Of a stretch of 64,000 nucleotides of DNA, positions 42,840 to 53,800 are shown piece by piece. The DNA is from a virus. Location of the stretch: the IMG/VR virus record IMGVR_UViG_3300036859_000424. One strand, 5' to 3'. Both the position numbers and the translations under genes were made by a program. How positions within the stretch are numbered: position 1 is the first letter of the stretch; each line of letters starts with the position of its first letter. A model generated the notes under the pieces. The model saw only the letters and a program-made list of their open reading frames with translations, was not told where the DNA came from and did not search any database.

Positions 42840-45800
42840 CTAGCTCGACTTGTGCTCAACGACGTACAGCCGGCAGAACTCGGAGACGACCGACACCGCC
42901 CGGAGGTAAATCGTCGGGGTCCCGCTCATGATGAAGACGCGCAGCCGGACGACATGGGCACCGACACTCAGGCCGCTCAGGTAGATCGTCCCACTGCCGG
43001 AGAACGGGTTGCCGTTGCTGCCGGCCGTCTGGATGTAATCGGCGCCGACCTGCACGGCGATGGCGTTGTCGACCAGCAGTTGAACCATCGCACCGTGATT
43101 GACCGACCCCTGGACGACCATCGCGCCAGTGACGGCGAATCCGATGACGCTGCTAGCCGACTCAACCGTGAACGCCTGATCGGCCATGATGTTGTAGAAA
43201 CTGCCGGTGGTGGTGACCGTACCGCTGAAGACGTCGGTCAGCAGTTGGAAGCCCAGCCGTGACTGCACGACAGCATTCGGCGCGATCTCGGCCCGTTCGA
43301 CCTGGTGGTAGCCCAGCACGCCGGCGCTGTTGACCCCGAAGGCCCGCGAATTGGCCCCCTTCGCCAGCCGGCCCGGCGCCCCGGCCACGCCACCGACGAT
43401 GATGTCGTCGGGCGTCGTCATCGGGTTGGTCATGTCGCCCGGATCGCCCTTTGACGCGACCACCTGCCAGTAGGCGATCTGGGTGGCTGGATTCTGATTG
43501 GTGCCGTTCTGTAGGGCCAGGTAGGTCGACCCATCGTAGGTGACGGTGTCGTTCGTGACGTAGGCGGTCGCGGCCGACCAGGCCCCGCGCCAGGTCCAGG
43601 TCGAGACCGACGTCTGGTACTCGATCACGTCGAGACGGAGATACTCGGTCGCAATCGTGGTCGGCCGGAGGTAGATCGTGTTGCTGCCGACGGTGAAGTA
43701 GACCTGGACCCGAACGGTGTGGGTACCGGCGGCGAGACCACTGACCCAGACGTCGCCGGCGGCTGACAGGTTGATCGTCTGCATATTTGTCGACGTGTAG
43801 GCCGCTTCGATCGGGTGCCGCGACGTTCCATCGAGCAGCAGGTTGACAGCGGCCCCCTGAAGCGCCCCCGTGTTCGCCCACTGCATCCCGGTCGCCACCG
43901 CGAGCTTGACGAGACTTTGTGGACCACTAACGGTAAAGTTGAAGTCAGATGTGATGTTCTGGGGGCCAGACCCGAACGGGGTCCCGTTATGGAGATCGGT
44001 GGGCTGGTTGTAGGCCAACCGCTGGACCGGCGCCCCCGGCGATCCCCTGGCCGCCACCTGCTGCCAGTAGGACGGGCTGGACGCCGGCGGCTGGTTGGTC
44101 CCCGCTAGCAGCGCAAGCCAGGTTGACCCGTCGTCGGTGACGGCATCGTTGGCGTTGTAGGCCGTCCCCGACCCCCAGGCGCCGCGCCAGGTCCAGTCCG
44201 ACGCTGACGTCAGGAACTCCGTGATCTGGATGCGCAGGAACTCTTCGCCTGGGCGGGTGCCGGGGCGGAAGTACATCGCCGTGCTGCCGTGGGCGACGGC
44301 CCGGACCAGCACCGTGTGGGTACCGGCTGAGAGCCCGCTGATGCGCAGCGGGCCGACCCCGGCGAACGGGTTGCCGTACTGGTTGGTGGCATTGTTGGCG
44401 TCCTGACCCAGGTTGTAGACCGTGCTGTCGATCAAAATATGGATCGTGGCGCCGGTCCCGGCATTGACCCCGCCGACCAGCATCGATCCCGAGATGGCGA
44501 TCTCGACGATGTTGGCCGGGCCGGCCACCGTGAAATTCTGCTGACCGTGCAGGGCGTAGGCGACCCCATCAGCGGCGCCGCCGCCCAGCGCATCACTGGT
44601 GGCCTGGTAGTTCAGTCGCATGATCGGGGCACCCGGCGTCCCTGGATCGCCCTGGGTGCCGCCACCAGACAGCCGGGTCACCTGGACCGACAGGAATTCG
44701 GTCGCGTTGGCCCGGCAGTAGGCTGTCGCCGCTTCGTCGGCGTACAACTGGACCTTGACGGTGTGGCTGCCTTCGTCCAGGTGGTACAGCTTGATCGGGC
44801 CGGCCCCGGCCAGCGGGTTGGCCTGCATGCCAGCGACCTGAAGGACGTCGCCGCCTAGCCGGTAGGTCTCAGTGCTGTCGATCATGACCCGGGCTGCCAT
44901 CGACAGCACATCGACGGCCGAGCCGACCTTGACGGCGCCCCGGACGGCGATCTCGGTGCACTGGTCGGCGACGTCGACCGTGAACGTCTGGGCCGGGCAG
45001 AGATCGGTCCAGGTCGAATCGGCCATTGCGAGGCCGTCCTCGGCCACCCCATCCGGGTTGTAGTCCAGCAGCGGGATCGGCTGGCCCGGCTCGCCGATCG
45101 GTCCCTGCGGCCCTTCCGGACCCTCCGGACCGGCCGGGCCGGGATCGCCCTGGATGCCCGGCACACCCTGGATACCTTGCGGTCCCGGGTCACCCTGGGG
45201 GCCGGGATCGCCCTGCGGCCCGACAGCTCCAGTGGCACCGGTCGCACCAGTGCTGCCCCGGAGTGCGAACGGCAGCCAGAAGTCGGGGTTGGCTTCCGGC
45301 TCTTGATTGGTGTTGTTGGCGACCGCGATGTAGGTCGACCCTTCAAACTCGGCCAGGTCGTCAATCAGGTAGGCGGTGCTGTCAAACCAGGCGCCCCGCC
45401 AGCGCGGGCCGTCCTCGCCGTCAGCCCCGGCCGGCCCCGGATCGCCCTCCGGCCCCTGGGCGCCAGCAGCGCCAGTTGGCCCCTGGGGACCAGCGTCGCC
45501 CTGCGCCGCCAACAGATCCCAGAACAGTGGCCCCAGCTCCGGATCGACCCCAGTGCTGGACCCGGTCGCGATATAGCTGGACCCGTTCCGCTCAACGGCG
45601 TCGTCAACCAGGTATTCGGTCGCGATGTCCCAGGCGCCGCGCCAGACCAGCCCGGTCCCAGATCCGCCGCCGCCATCGACGCCCTTGCGGGCCAGCACCT
45701 GCCAGTGGATCTCGCCGTCGGTGGCCGGGTTGTCGCCGGTCGTCGGCTGGATCGCCACGTAGCTCGATCCCTGGTATTCGACAACGTCGTTCGGGATGTA

Positions 45801-47270
45801 GCTGGTCCCAACACCCCAGACGCCGCGCCAGACCAGCCCAGGCGGCCCCTGCGGGCCGATCGGACCTGGTACCGTGCTGTCGGCGCCTGGCGGCCCGGTC
45901 TCGCCGTTGGCGCCAACCGGACCCTGGGGACCGGTCGGTCCGATCGGGCCGGTGTCACCCTGGGGTCCCTGGGGGCCGGCTGGGCCGATCGGCCCCTGTG
46001 GCCCGGTTACCCCGGTCGCGCCGGCCGGCCCGGTTGGGCCGGTCGCACCCTGGGGACCCTCCGGCCCAACCGGCCCCTGCGGCCCAACCGGCCCCTGCGG
46101 CCCGGTATCACCTTCGGGACCGGCGACCCCCTGGGGGCCTTGCGGGCCGGCCGGGCCTGCGCTACCCTGGGCACCGGGTGCCCCCGCCGGGCCTGCTGGG
46201 CCTTGCGGACCTGCTGGGCCAGGGTCCCCCTGGGGACCGGCCGGGCCAGTGGCTCCGGCCGGTCCTGTCGCCCCAGGGGCGCCCTGGGGACCCTCCGGTC
46301 CCATTGCGCCCGTTGCGCCCGTTGCACCGGTCGCGCCAGCCGGTCCGGTCGGTCCCGCTGGTCCTGGCACGGTGCTGTCCGCCCCAGGGGCACCCTGGGG
46401 ACCGGCCGGACCGACCGGACCGGCCGGCCCGGCTACCCCCTGCGGCCCCTGGTCCCCCTGCTCGCCCTGGACACCCTGTAGCCCCTGGGGGCCGACAGCG
46501 CCAGTCGCGCCAGTCGCGCCAGTCGCCCCGGTTGCCCCGGTCGGGCCGGGGTCGCCCTGGACACCTTGTGGCCCCTGAACGCCGATCGGGCCGGCCGGGC
46601 CTTGCTCGCCCTGGGGGCCGGCGGGACCGGCCGGACCGGCGGGACCGACCGGTCCCTGGGGACCAGGGACCGTGCTGTCCGCGCCGGCCGGCCCGGCTGA
46701 CCCCAGGGGGCCGGTATCGCCGGTATCACCCTTCGGACCCTGGGCACCCTGGAGACCGGCGGGACCCTGGGGACCGGGCTCACCTTCGGCGCCCTGGGGG
46801 CCGGTCGCACCCGTAGCACCCGTGGCGCCGGTGGCCCCGGGGGCACCCTGGGGACCCTGGGGACCGGCTGGCCCGGCCGGTCCCTGGGGACCCGTGGCAC
46901 CAGGTGCGCCGTCGGCACCGGCCGGGCCAGCCGCCCCCTGCGGCCCCGGTTCACCTTCCGGACCCATCGGCCCCTGCGGACCTTGCGGCCCCGGCGCGCC
47001 CTGGGGACCTGGCGGACCTGGTACCGTCGACGGTAGGCCGGGCTCGCCTTGCGGCCCGATCTCGCCCTGGGGGCCTTCGGGACCGGGTATGCCCTGGGGG
47101 CCAGGGGGTCCGACCGACCCGGGCGGCCCCATCACCCCGAACTGGGCGACGGTGACCGGGCCTTCGTTGACGACCTCGACGCTGACCGTGCTGCCGTCCG
47201 GTTCGGTCACGACGACCTGGGTGATGATCGGCGGCGAGATGATAACGATCGTGTCGGTCTCAGGGCTCAT
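42840..47270 (-). CDS. collagen-like long tail fibre (1476 aa)
   Basis: About 434-aa Gly-X-Y tract, repeated WRGxW...Y...D.V...GS.Y modules, four paralogous beta-rich domains. Confidence 0.95.
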   Translation of the reverse strand: MSPETDTIVIISPPIITQVVVTEPDGSTVSVEVVNEGPVTVAQFGVMGPPGSVGPPGPQGIPGPEGPQGEIGPQGEPGLPSTVPGPPGPQGAPGPQGPQGPMGPEGEPGPQGAAGPAGADGAPGATGPQGPAGPAGPQGPQGAPGATGATGATGATGPQGAEGEPGPQGPAGLQGAQGPKGDTGDTGPLGSAGPAGADSTVPGPQGPVGPAGPAGPAGPQGEQGPAGPIGVQGPQGVQGDPGPTGATGATGATGATGAVGPQGLQGVQGEQGDQGPQGVAGPAGPVGPAGPQGAPGADSTVPGPAGPTGPAGATGATGATGAMGPEGPQGAPGATGPAGATGPAGPQGDPGPAGPQGPAGPAGAPGAQGSAGPAGPQGPQGVAGPEGDTGPQGPVGPQGPVGPEGPQGATGPTGPAGATGVTGPQGPIGPAGPQGPQGDTGPIGPTGPQGPVGANGETGPPGADSTVPGPIGPQGPPGLVWRGVWGVGTSYIPNDVVEYQGSSYVAIQPTTGDNPATDGEIHWQVLARKGVDGGGGSGTGLVWRGAWDIATEYLVDDAVERNGSSYIATGSSTGVDPELGPLFWDLLAAQGDAGPQGPTGAAGAQGPEGDPGPAGADGEDGPRWRGAWFDSTAYLIDDLAEFEGSTYIAVANNTNQEPEANPDFWLPFALRGSTGATGATGAVGPQGDPGPQGDPGPQGIQGVPGIQGDPGPAGPEGPEGPQGPIGEPGQPIPLLDYNPDGVAEDGLAMADSTWTDLCPAQTFTVDVADQCTEIAVRGAVKVGSAVDVLSMAARVMIDSTETYRLGGDVLQVAGMQANPLAGAGPIKLYHLDEGSHTVKVQLYADEAATAYCRANATEFLSVQVTRLSGGGTQGDPGTPGAPIMRLNYQATSDALGGGAADGVAYALHGQQNFTVAGPANIVEIAISGSMLVGGVNAGTGATIHILIDSTVYNLGQDANNATNQYGNPFAGVGPLRISGLSAGTHTVLVRAVAHGSTAMYFRPGTRPGEEFLRIQITEFLTSASDWTWRGAWGSGTAYNANDAVTDDGSTWLALLAGTNQPPASSPSYWQQVAARGSPGAPVQRLAYNQPTDLHNGTPFGSGPQNITSDFNFTVSGPQSLVKLAVATGMQWANTGALQGAAVNLLLDGTSRHPIEAAYTSTNMQTINLSAAGDVWVSGLAAGTHTVRVQVYFTVGSNTIYLRPTTIATEYLRLDVIEYQTSVSTWTWRGAWSAATAYVTNDTVTYDGSTYLALQNGTNQNPATQIAYWQVVASKGDPGDMTNPMTTPDDIIVGGVAGAPGRLAKGANSRAFGVNSAGVLGYHQVERAEIAPNAVVQSRLGFQLLTDVFSGTVTTTGSFYNIMADQAFTVESASSVIGFAVTGAMVVQGSVNHGAMVQLLVDNAIAVQVGADYIQTAGSNGNPFSGSGTIYLSGLSVGAHVVRLRVFIMSGTPTIYLRAVSVVSEFCRLYVVEHKSS
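45837..47138 (-). repeat. 9-bp-period Gly-X-Y collagen repeat tract
   Basis: [12 protein letters not shown] triplets with a few STVP interruptions. Confidence 0.95.
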
Positions 47271-47617
47271 TTCGTCGCCTCCGGGCCGATCTCAGCCGTG
47301 CCTTGCAGCAGCCGGATGACCCTGCCGTCAGGTGCGACAAGCTCCAGGTCGTAGACCCCGGCACCGAAGTCGATCAGCGCCGTCTGGGCGGCCGTCATGG
47401 TGATGTCCAGCAGGTTCGGGGCGGTGATGACGATCCCGCCGCCAGGGTCGCTGTCCAGCGAGACGATCGGTTCGTCCGATCGGTACCGCTCGCGGATCAT
47501 CATCCGGGCGCTGTACCCGACGATGTTGATCGGATCGCCGTTCTCCTGGGTCCAGGCGACCTGACGCTGCCAGGTCGCCCCCTGCTCGACGTAGATGTTC
47601 AGCACCCCGGCGGCCAT
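47267..47617 (-). CDS. baseplate/fibre-attachment Ig-like protein
   Basis: [10 protein letters not shown]...GYSARMMIR...GVYDLEL...RLLQG. Confidence 0.75.
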   Translation of the reverse strand: MAAGVLNIYVEQGATWQRQVAWTQENGDPINIVGYSARMMIRERYRSDEPIVSLDSDPGGGIVITAPNLLDITMTAAQTALIDFGAGVYDLELVAPDGRVIRLLQGTAEIGPEATK

Positions 47618-48033
47618 CAGATCGGCACCTCAGTCATCACGATGTCGCCATTTGAGAAGACGATCTGTTCATTGCCCGGCCCACCGGTGACGACCGGTTC
47701 CCAGCGGGTCGACGTCGCCCCCCGCTTCGGCTGCCACTGCTGATCGGCCGCGTCCCAGGTGTAGACGTCGCCGTGGGTCGGCACGGCTTCCGACAGCGGG
47801 CGGCCCCGAAACCCGGCGACGATCGTCTCGATGATCCGCCCGGTGACGTCGCCCAGCAGCGGCGGGACGCTGTGGACCCGGATCGCGCCGCCAGGGGTCG
47901 CGATGTCGCTTTGGACACGCAGCGCCATCGCTTCGGCGACCTCGCGGTTTTTGGCCAGCATCCGCCCGAACATCTGGGTCAGCCGACGTCTCGACGCCGG
48001 GGAGATCCGCGTGCGCACTGGCGGAACGGTCAT
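47617..48033 (-). CDS. minor tail protein
   Basis: GFRGRPL...P..GDVYTWD...WQP fibre-type motif. Confidence 0.7.
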   Translation of the reverse strand: MTVPPVRTRISPASRRRLTQMFGRMLAKNREVAEAMALRVQSDIATPGGAIRVHSVPPLLGDVTGRIIETIVAGFRGRPLSEAVPTHGDVYTWDAADQQWQPKRGATSTRWEPVVTGGPGNEQIVFSNGDIVMTEVPI

Positions 48034-50432
48034 GGCGTCAGCCTCCCAACCTCGCGCAGCCGGAGATACCCCTGCTCAGTCCGGAAGCCATCAACGGTCT
48101 TGAACAGGCCAGCTTCCTGCGCGGCGAAATACACCAGGTCGACCATCTGACCGTCGCGGTAGGCGCCGGCCGTGTAGGGGAAGCCGGCCGGGATGTCGAC
48201 CCCCTGGACCAGCGTGAAGCTGCCGGAGACGGGCGTGTACCAGGTCGTGCCGTCTTCGGCGATCGCGTAGAACTTGTCTTCCCGGATATGGGCGGTGGCG
48301 GCGGCGATCGGCGCGCTGTTGCCAGTGAACGGGGTGCCGGTCTCGCCCTGCTGAAGCTGGCCACCGGCTGCGATCACGATGTTGCGGCTGTGGCTCAGCT
48401 CCAGGTAGTCGAAATTCCCAGCCCTGACGGTCTCCCAGGTCAGCCCCTGGTCCTGGGACTTGCGCCACCCCTCCGGGGTCACCACGTGGATCTCGCGCTG
48501 GTCATGAATCGAGATGATGATGAAGTTGACCCGCGACCCTGGCGACGGCTTGATCGTCCAGACCGCACCGCCGTCGGTGGTGACCGCGACCGTGCCGGAC
48601 GATCCGCCGACCGCGACCACGCGCAGGTTGGTCTCGTGGACCCAGATCGCCGTCACGTCCTCGCCCGGCGGTAGGACGGCCGATTCGGTCGGTGGCGTCA
48701 GCAGGTCGTCGGCCGAATAGGCGACGACGTTGCTGCTGCCCCACCAGGGGCCGTTACCCACCACCTGGCAGGGGCGGCTGGGATCGTAGGTGCGCCAGAC
48801 GTTGCCGTCGAACGCTTCGTAGCTCGCATCGGTGACCGCGTACAGCTTGCGGGATCTCACAGGCACAGCTCCCGTCGATGCTTGCTGGGTGATCGCAGCC
48901 GTGAAGCCGTGGTTGTCGGTGACGGTCAGGGTAATGAGAGAGAGCGGGGTCAGGTCGGTAAAGAACGTCGTGAACGTCATCCCTTCCTGGGGGCCGACCA
49001 CGGTGCAGCCGGGGCCGGAGGCTTGCCAGACGCGGGACACGATCTGACCCTGCAAGCTGGTCGACTGGTCGGTCGCCAGGACGCAGAAGATCGCCTGGCC
49101 CCGGTTCGTCAGGTCGATCGCGGGGGCGGCCTTCTCGACGTCGATCGCCTGGATCGACATCCGGGGCCGGATCTGGTCCGCTGCCGGCGGCAGGTCGGGC
49201 ACAGCCGGTGGGACCGGCAGCGTCGTGCCTGGTGGGACGGGATCTGGCGGCTCTACCGGCGGCACCTGGACCCGTCGGTTGTACGGCCCCAGTTCAGAGA
49301 CCGCCGTGATCGTCTGGGTGAACTGGCCGTTGGCGTCGATCTGGGTCTGGCAGGACTGGACCCAGAACTTCTGGTTGATGTCCATCCTGGGCGACTGGAC
49401 GTGGATCACTTCAGCGCCTTCGATCAGCAGATCCAGGTGGGTGCTGAAGGTCACCTTCAGGATGTTCTTGTTCAGTTGCGACAGGATGTATTCGGCAACC
49501 AGGGTCGGATTCAGCAACCCCGCGCCGCCGGCGGTCCCCTGCAACATCATGAAGCGGACCCAGTAGCTATTCCGCCGCCAGTAGAAGGGGTCCATGTCTT
49601 CGGGCATCTCGGCGCCGTATTCGACCCCATCCCAGCCTGAGACCGTGATCTCGTTCTTCGGGTCGATCTGTTCGGTCGACATCGACCCGTCCAGGATGTC
49701 GACGCCCTCGCGGAAGCTGTGGACTTCGGTGACCGTGTTCGGGTTGGTCGGGATCTGCTCGCGGACGATCAACCCGCCGACGGTGGCGTAGGTCCGGAAG
49801 CCCAGGGAGACGCTGTCGATGTCTTTGACCTTCTCCAGCGCGGTCTGCCCCAACTCCCAGAACAGGTTGGCGTCCGGCATGTCGCCGATCACTTCGTGCA
49901 GGCCGTCGATCCGGAGCAGCGACAACTGGTAGCCGACGCCGCCCAGGTTGTCGCCTTCGCCCGGCCCCAGGATCCGGACGATCGCCTGGACGTCGGTGTC
50001 CCCCCGGATGTCCATCTCTTCGGGGGTGTAGGTCCAGGCCGCTAAGGCCAGGACGTCCAGGCAGTTGATCGTGACGGTGCCGGGCCACAGCCCGTTCGTG
50101 AACGTCATCACGTACCCCGTGAACCGCTCAATCAGCCCGCTATACGGCAGGGCCGGGTTGGGGTCGGTCGCCGTCATCAGGATGCTGACCCGCGCCCACT
50201 TCGGAATCCAGGCCGGCAGCGGATAGGGGTAGGTGATCTGGGCCGTCGCCAGGTCCAGATCCAGGCCCCGGGTGACGGTGATGTCCAGGCAGTGGGGCAT
50301 CAGCATCCCGTTGACGTAGACCTGGAAGCGGGGCCGCCTGACGATCGTCCCCGACGCCGGCGTCGGCTGGGGGATCGGCAGCGGGGCCGGCGGGTTGATG
50401 AACGGGGTCTGCGGAAAGGTCGGAATCGACAT
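48030..50432 (-). CDS. tail tip/hub (Tal-like) protein with PKD-like and beta-propeller domains
   Basis: Follows Dit; RFTGYV...TINCLD hub pattern; TTDGGAVW Asp-boxes. Confidence 0.8.
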   Translation of the reverse strand: MSIPTFPQTPFINPPAPLPIPQPTPASGTIVRRPRFQVYVNGMLMPHCLDITVTRGLDLDLATAQITYPYPLPAWIPKWARVSILMTATDPNPALPYSGLIERFTGYVMTFTNGLWPGTVTINCLDVLALAAWTYTPEEMDIRGDTDVQAIVRILGPGEGDNLGGVGYQLSLLRIDGLHEVIGDMPDANLFWELGQTALEKVKDIDSVSLGFRTYATVGGLIVREQIPTNPNTVTEVHSFREGVDILDGSMSTEQIDPKNEITVSGWDGVEYGAEMPEDMDPFYWRRNSYWVRFMMLQGTAGGAGLLNPTLVAEYILSQLNKNILKVTFSTHLDLLIEGAEVIHVQSPRMDINQKFWVQSCQTQIDANGQFTQTITAVSELGPYNRRVQVPPVEPPDPVPPGTTLPVPPAVPDLPPAADQIRPRMSIQAIDVEKAAPAIDLTNRGQAIFCVLATDQSTSLQGQIVSRVWQASGPGCTVVGPQEGMTFTTFFTDLTPLSLITLTVTDNHGFTAAITQQASTGAVPVRSRKLYAVTDASYEAFDGNVWRTYDPSRPCQVVGNGPWWGSSNVVAYSADDLLTPPTESAVLPPGEDVTAIWVHETNLRVVAVGGSSGTVAVTTDGGAVWTIKPSPGSRVNFIIISIHDQREIHVVTPEGWRKSQDQGLTWETVRAGNFDYLELSHSRNIVIAAGGQLQQGETGTPFTGNSAPIAAATAHIREDKFYAIAEDGTTWYTPVSGSFTLVQGVDIPAGFPYTAGAYRDGQMVDLVYFAAQEAGLFKTVDGFRTEQGYLRLREVGRLTP

Positions 50433-50800
50433 CAGACCGGCCCCGGATCGCCGTCGGACAGCAGTGCCCATTCGGCCTGGAACATATGAAACTCGCGGCG
50501 GGGCGTCATGGTGTGACCGGTCAGGCCCAGCAGGACGGCGGTCTCGTAGGTGGTGCCGTCGATGACCAGGGCCGACGTCTGACCCAGCGACGCCATGAAC
50601 CGGCCGGCGTACTGGGGCAGCAGCAGGATCGCCGCCCGGTATCTCGGGGTCGTCGTCCCGCCCAGGTCGATGACGTTGAAGGTGCTGTAGGGGACGTGTC
50701 GCTCGCCCTGGAGAAGCTCGCCAGGGTCTGGCATCGACACACTGTCCTGGACTGCCGGACCAAACGGGACCCCGCCCCAGAAGTAGTCATGCAGGGCCAT
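50432..50800 (-). CDS. distal tail protein (Dit-like)
   Basis: Position directly after the tape measure gene. Confidence 0.65.
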   Translation of the reverse strand: MALHDYFWGGVPFGPAVQDSVSMPDPGELLQGERHVPYSTFNVIDLGGTTTPRYRAAILLLPQYAGRFMASLGQTSALVIDGTTYETAVLLGLTGHTMTPRREFHMFQAEWALLSDGDPGPV

Positions 50801-53800
50801 CTACAGGGCTCCCGGTAGGATGCGTGTGACGGGTGACAGCGACGTCTGCTGGGTGACGTCCAGGATGTTCACGATCGCGTCGACCGTCTGGTCGGTGACC
50901 ATCTGGGCGAACGCCTGGGGGTCGGTGATCCCGTCGGCCGAGATCCGCTGTTCGATGTGGATGTTGACCGGACCTCTCGACTGGGCAGCCTGGGGATCTG
51001 AAGGTCGCGGACTCGCCGCTCGTGCCACGGCGTCCTGCATGGCCGCTGCTGGTAGGACCGCCCCGGCCTGGGCCTGGGGTATCCAGTCGCCGCCGCCAAA
51101 CGCGATCGGCGGGGTCGGGGAGAACGGCATGCACTGGCCGAACGCCGTCGACCAGCGGGTGCCCGGCGGACACTGCGGGGTCGGCTGGGGGGTCGGGGTC
51201 GGGGCAGGCCCGGTCCCGCCCGGGTCCGGCCCTTCCCGACGACGACCGCCGCCTTCACCACCGCCGCCTGGCGCCGTGGCCTGCGGGATCGGCGGGGTCC
51301 AGCCGTTCATCGCCGCAACCCAGCCGTTCTGCCAGTTGATGGCCGCGTTGCTGCCCAGGGTCGTGAAGCCCGGGTCGTACTCAGCCAGCCGCGCCTGAAC
51401 GCTGAACATCGTGGCGTCGATCGCCGCGATGATCGCCGCCTGGCCGCTGGACCAGCCGTTGGCCCAGGCAGCAGCGGCGGCCTGCCCACTCCCTTCAAAA
51501 TGGGCAGGCAGGCCCGGCAGCCAGGTGTCGATCATCTCTTCAAACGGCCGCCGCTGGACCGCGTACAGGTCGGCCGCGTCGTAGGCGGTCGTGAACGCGG
51601 CCGCGCTGTCAGACGCGGCCGTCCGGTACTGGTCCGCCAGGCCCGGCAGCCAGCCGATCATCTCTTCGTACGGGAACCTCAGTACCCCGTACAGGTCGGC
51701 CGCTTCGTAGGCGGCCCGGAAGGCGCCGGTACTGTCGGTGGCGGCCTGGGTGTAGAAGGCCGGGGTGCCGGGCAGCCAGGTGTACAGGAACTCTTCAAAC
51801 GGCGCCCGGAGGATCGCCCCCAGGTCGACGCTGCTGTAGCCGGCCTGCCACTGGGCGGCCGCTTCCGCGCCGGTCGCGGCGTAGAACGGCGGGACACCCG
51901 GCAGCCAGGTGTACAGAAACTCTTCAAACGGCGCGCGCAGGGTGGCCGACAGGTCCGGCGGACTGAACGCCTCTTCCATCGCCGCCCGGATGAACGGCCC
52001 CTGGTACTGGATCTGGAGAATGAAGCCCTGGGCGACGTCGTAGGCCAGCGCTTCGGTCCGGCGGGACGGCGAGTCGGTCTGCCAGACGTCCTTCTCGACG
52101 TAGACCGCGCCCCGCTCGCCCCAGTCCCGGATCGCCTCCGGGCCGGTGTTCTCGGTACGCCAGAAATTATTCCAGCCGTCGCGGATGGCGGCCGTCAGGT
52201 CGGTCAGCCACTGCACCCAGCCGCCGTCGCCCGATGGTAGCTGGAACGGCGACCTGGTGCCCTCCGGCACCGGGGTCTCGTCGGGGCCGGGCCGGCTCCG
52301 GATCTGAAGCTCGCGCTGGATGCGCTCGATCTCTCGGGTGATCGCGTCGATCCGGGCCTGGGATTCCGACAGCTCCAGGTCAAGCTGAATCCGCCGCGCT
52401 TCGATCGGCGCCATCCTGGTCGCCGCCAGCGCTTCAAGCTCGGCGATCTCCTGACGCAGGGGCAGCGCCCGGATCTGCTGGGTCAGTTGATCGATCTTCT
52501 GGGCGTTCTCCAGAATCGCCAGGACGTAGTCGGCGATGACCCGGTCACGGGCCGCCGTGGCGGCGGCGGTGCGGTCCTGGAGATCCAGGGTCCGCTGGCG
52601 CAGCTCCAGCGCCCGGATCTCCAGTGTGCGGGCTTCCCGAAGTCGTTCTAGCTGGCGGTTGTTCTGCTCCTCTTCCTCGCGGCGCTGACGTTCGCGTTCT
52701 TCCTTCTGGCGCTGCTGGTAGGCCCGTTCTTCGGCGCGCAGTTGGGCGTCTTCGGCCCGCTGGGCGGCTTTTGCTGCCGCTTCTTCGTCGCGGAGACGGC
52801 GGTCTTCCTCGCGTTGAAGCCGGCGGTCTTCGGTTTCGGCGGCCCGGACGCGGGCCTCTTCCTCACGGGTGAGACGGCGGTCTTCGGCTTCGGCGGCCCG
52901 GAGCCGGGCCTGGTCGGCCTGTTCTGCGGCGCGGGCGGCCTGTTCAGCGTCCCGGATGGTCCGTTCTTCTTCGCGCTCAGCGGCGCGGGCGGCCTGTTCT
53001 TCCTGCCGGAGCCGTTCCTGATCGGCACGATCAGCAGCAGCAGCGGACCGTTCGGCCTCGCGGATGGCGCGTTCTTCTTCGCGCTGTAGCTCGCGCTCGC
53101 GTTTCTCTTGCTCGCGGATCTGGGCCTGTTCTTGCTTGGTGGCTTCCCGGTCGGCCCGTTCAAGCTCGCGGACCTGGCGGTCCTCTTCGCGCTGGCGCTC
53201 GCGTTCGGCCCGGTCTTCGGCCCGGTTGGCGTCTTCAAGGGCTTGCCTGGCCTGCTGGTGGGCAAGCTCTTGCCGGTCGCGCTGCTCGCGGTAGGCGCGG
53301 TCTTCGGCGGCCGCCCGTCGCTCAAGCTCGGCGATCTCTTCCTGGCGCTGGAACGACCGTTCCTCACGGGCGTTCCTTTCCTCTTCGATCCGCTGTTGAA
53401 GGGCTTCGCGTTGGCGTTCATAGGCTTGCTGTTCCTGGACGACGGCCAGCCGGCGGCGGGCGTCGCGCCATTCTCTCGACGTCCTGGCTTCGGCGACCGC
53501 AAGCTGCGCGTCTTCCAGGGTCCTGGCCCGCTGACGCTCGCGGTTGACCCGTTCCAGGGCCTCCAGCTCCCGTTCAGCCGCCGACGGCCCGCGCTCTCGG
53601 TTCCGTTCCTGGCGGTCGGCTTCCCGAAGCTGGTCGATCCGGTCCCGGTACTCTTGCTGCCTGGCCTGGTGGGCGCGGTCGGCCGCGTCGCGCTCGCGCC
53701 GGTACTGGCGTTCGGCTTCGTCGGCTAGCTCGCGGGCGGCTTCCCTGGCCAGGTCGTACGCTTCCCGCCTGGCCCGGATCTGATCGTTCAGGTTTTCGAT

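Noticed and set aside
42840-47270. Diversity-generating retroelement acting on the fibre tips
   Set aside because: No reverse transcriptase in the window and no near-identical repeat pair differing only at adenines; the internal repeats are old and diverged at all bases.
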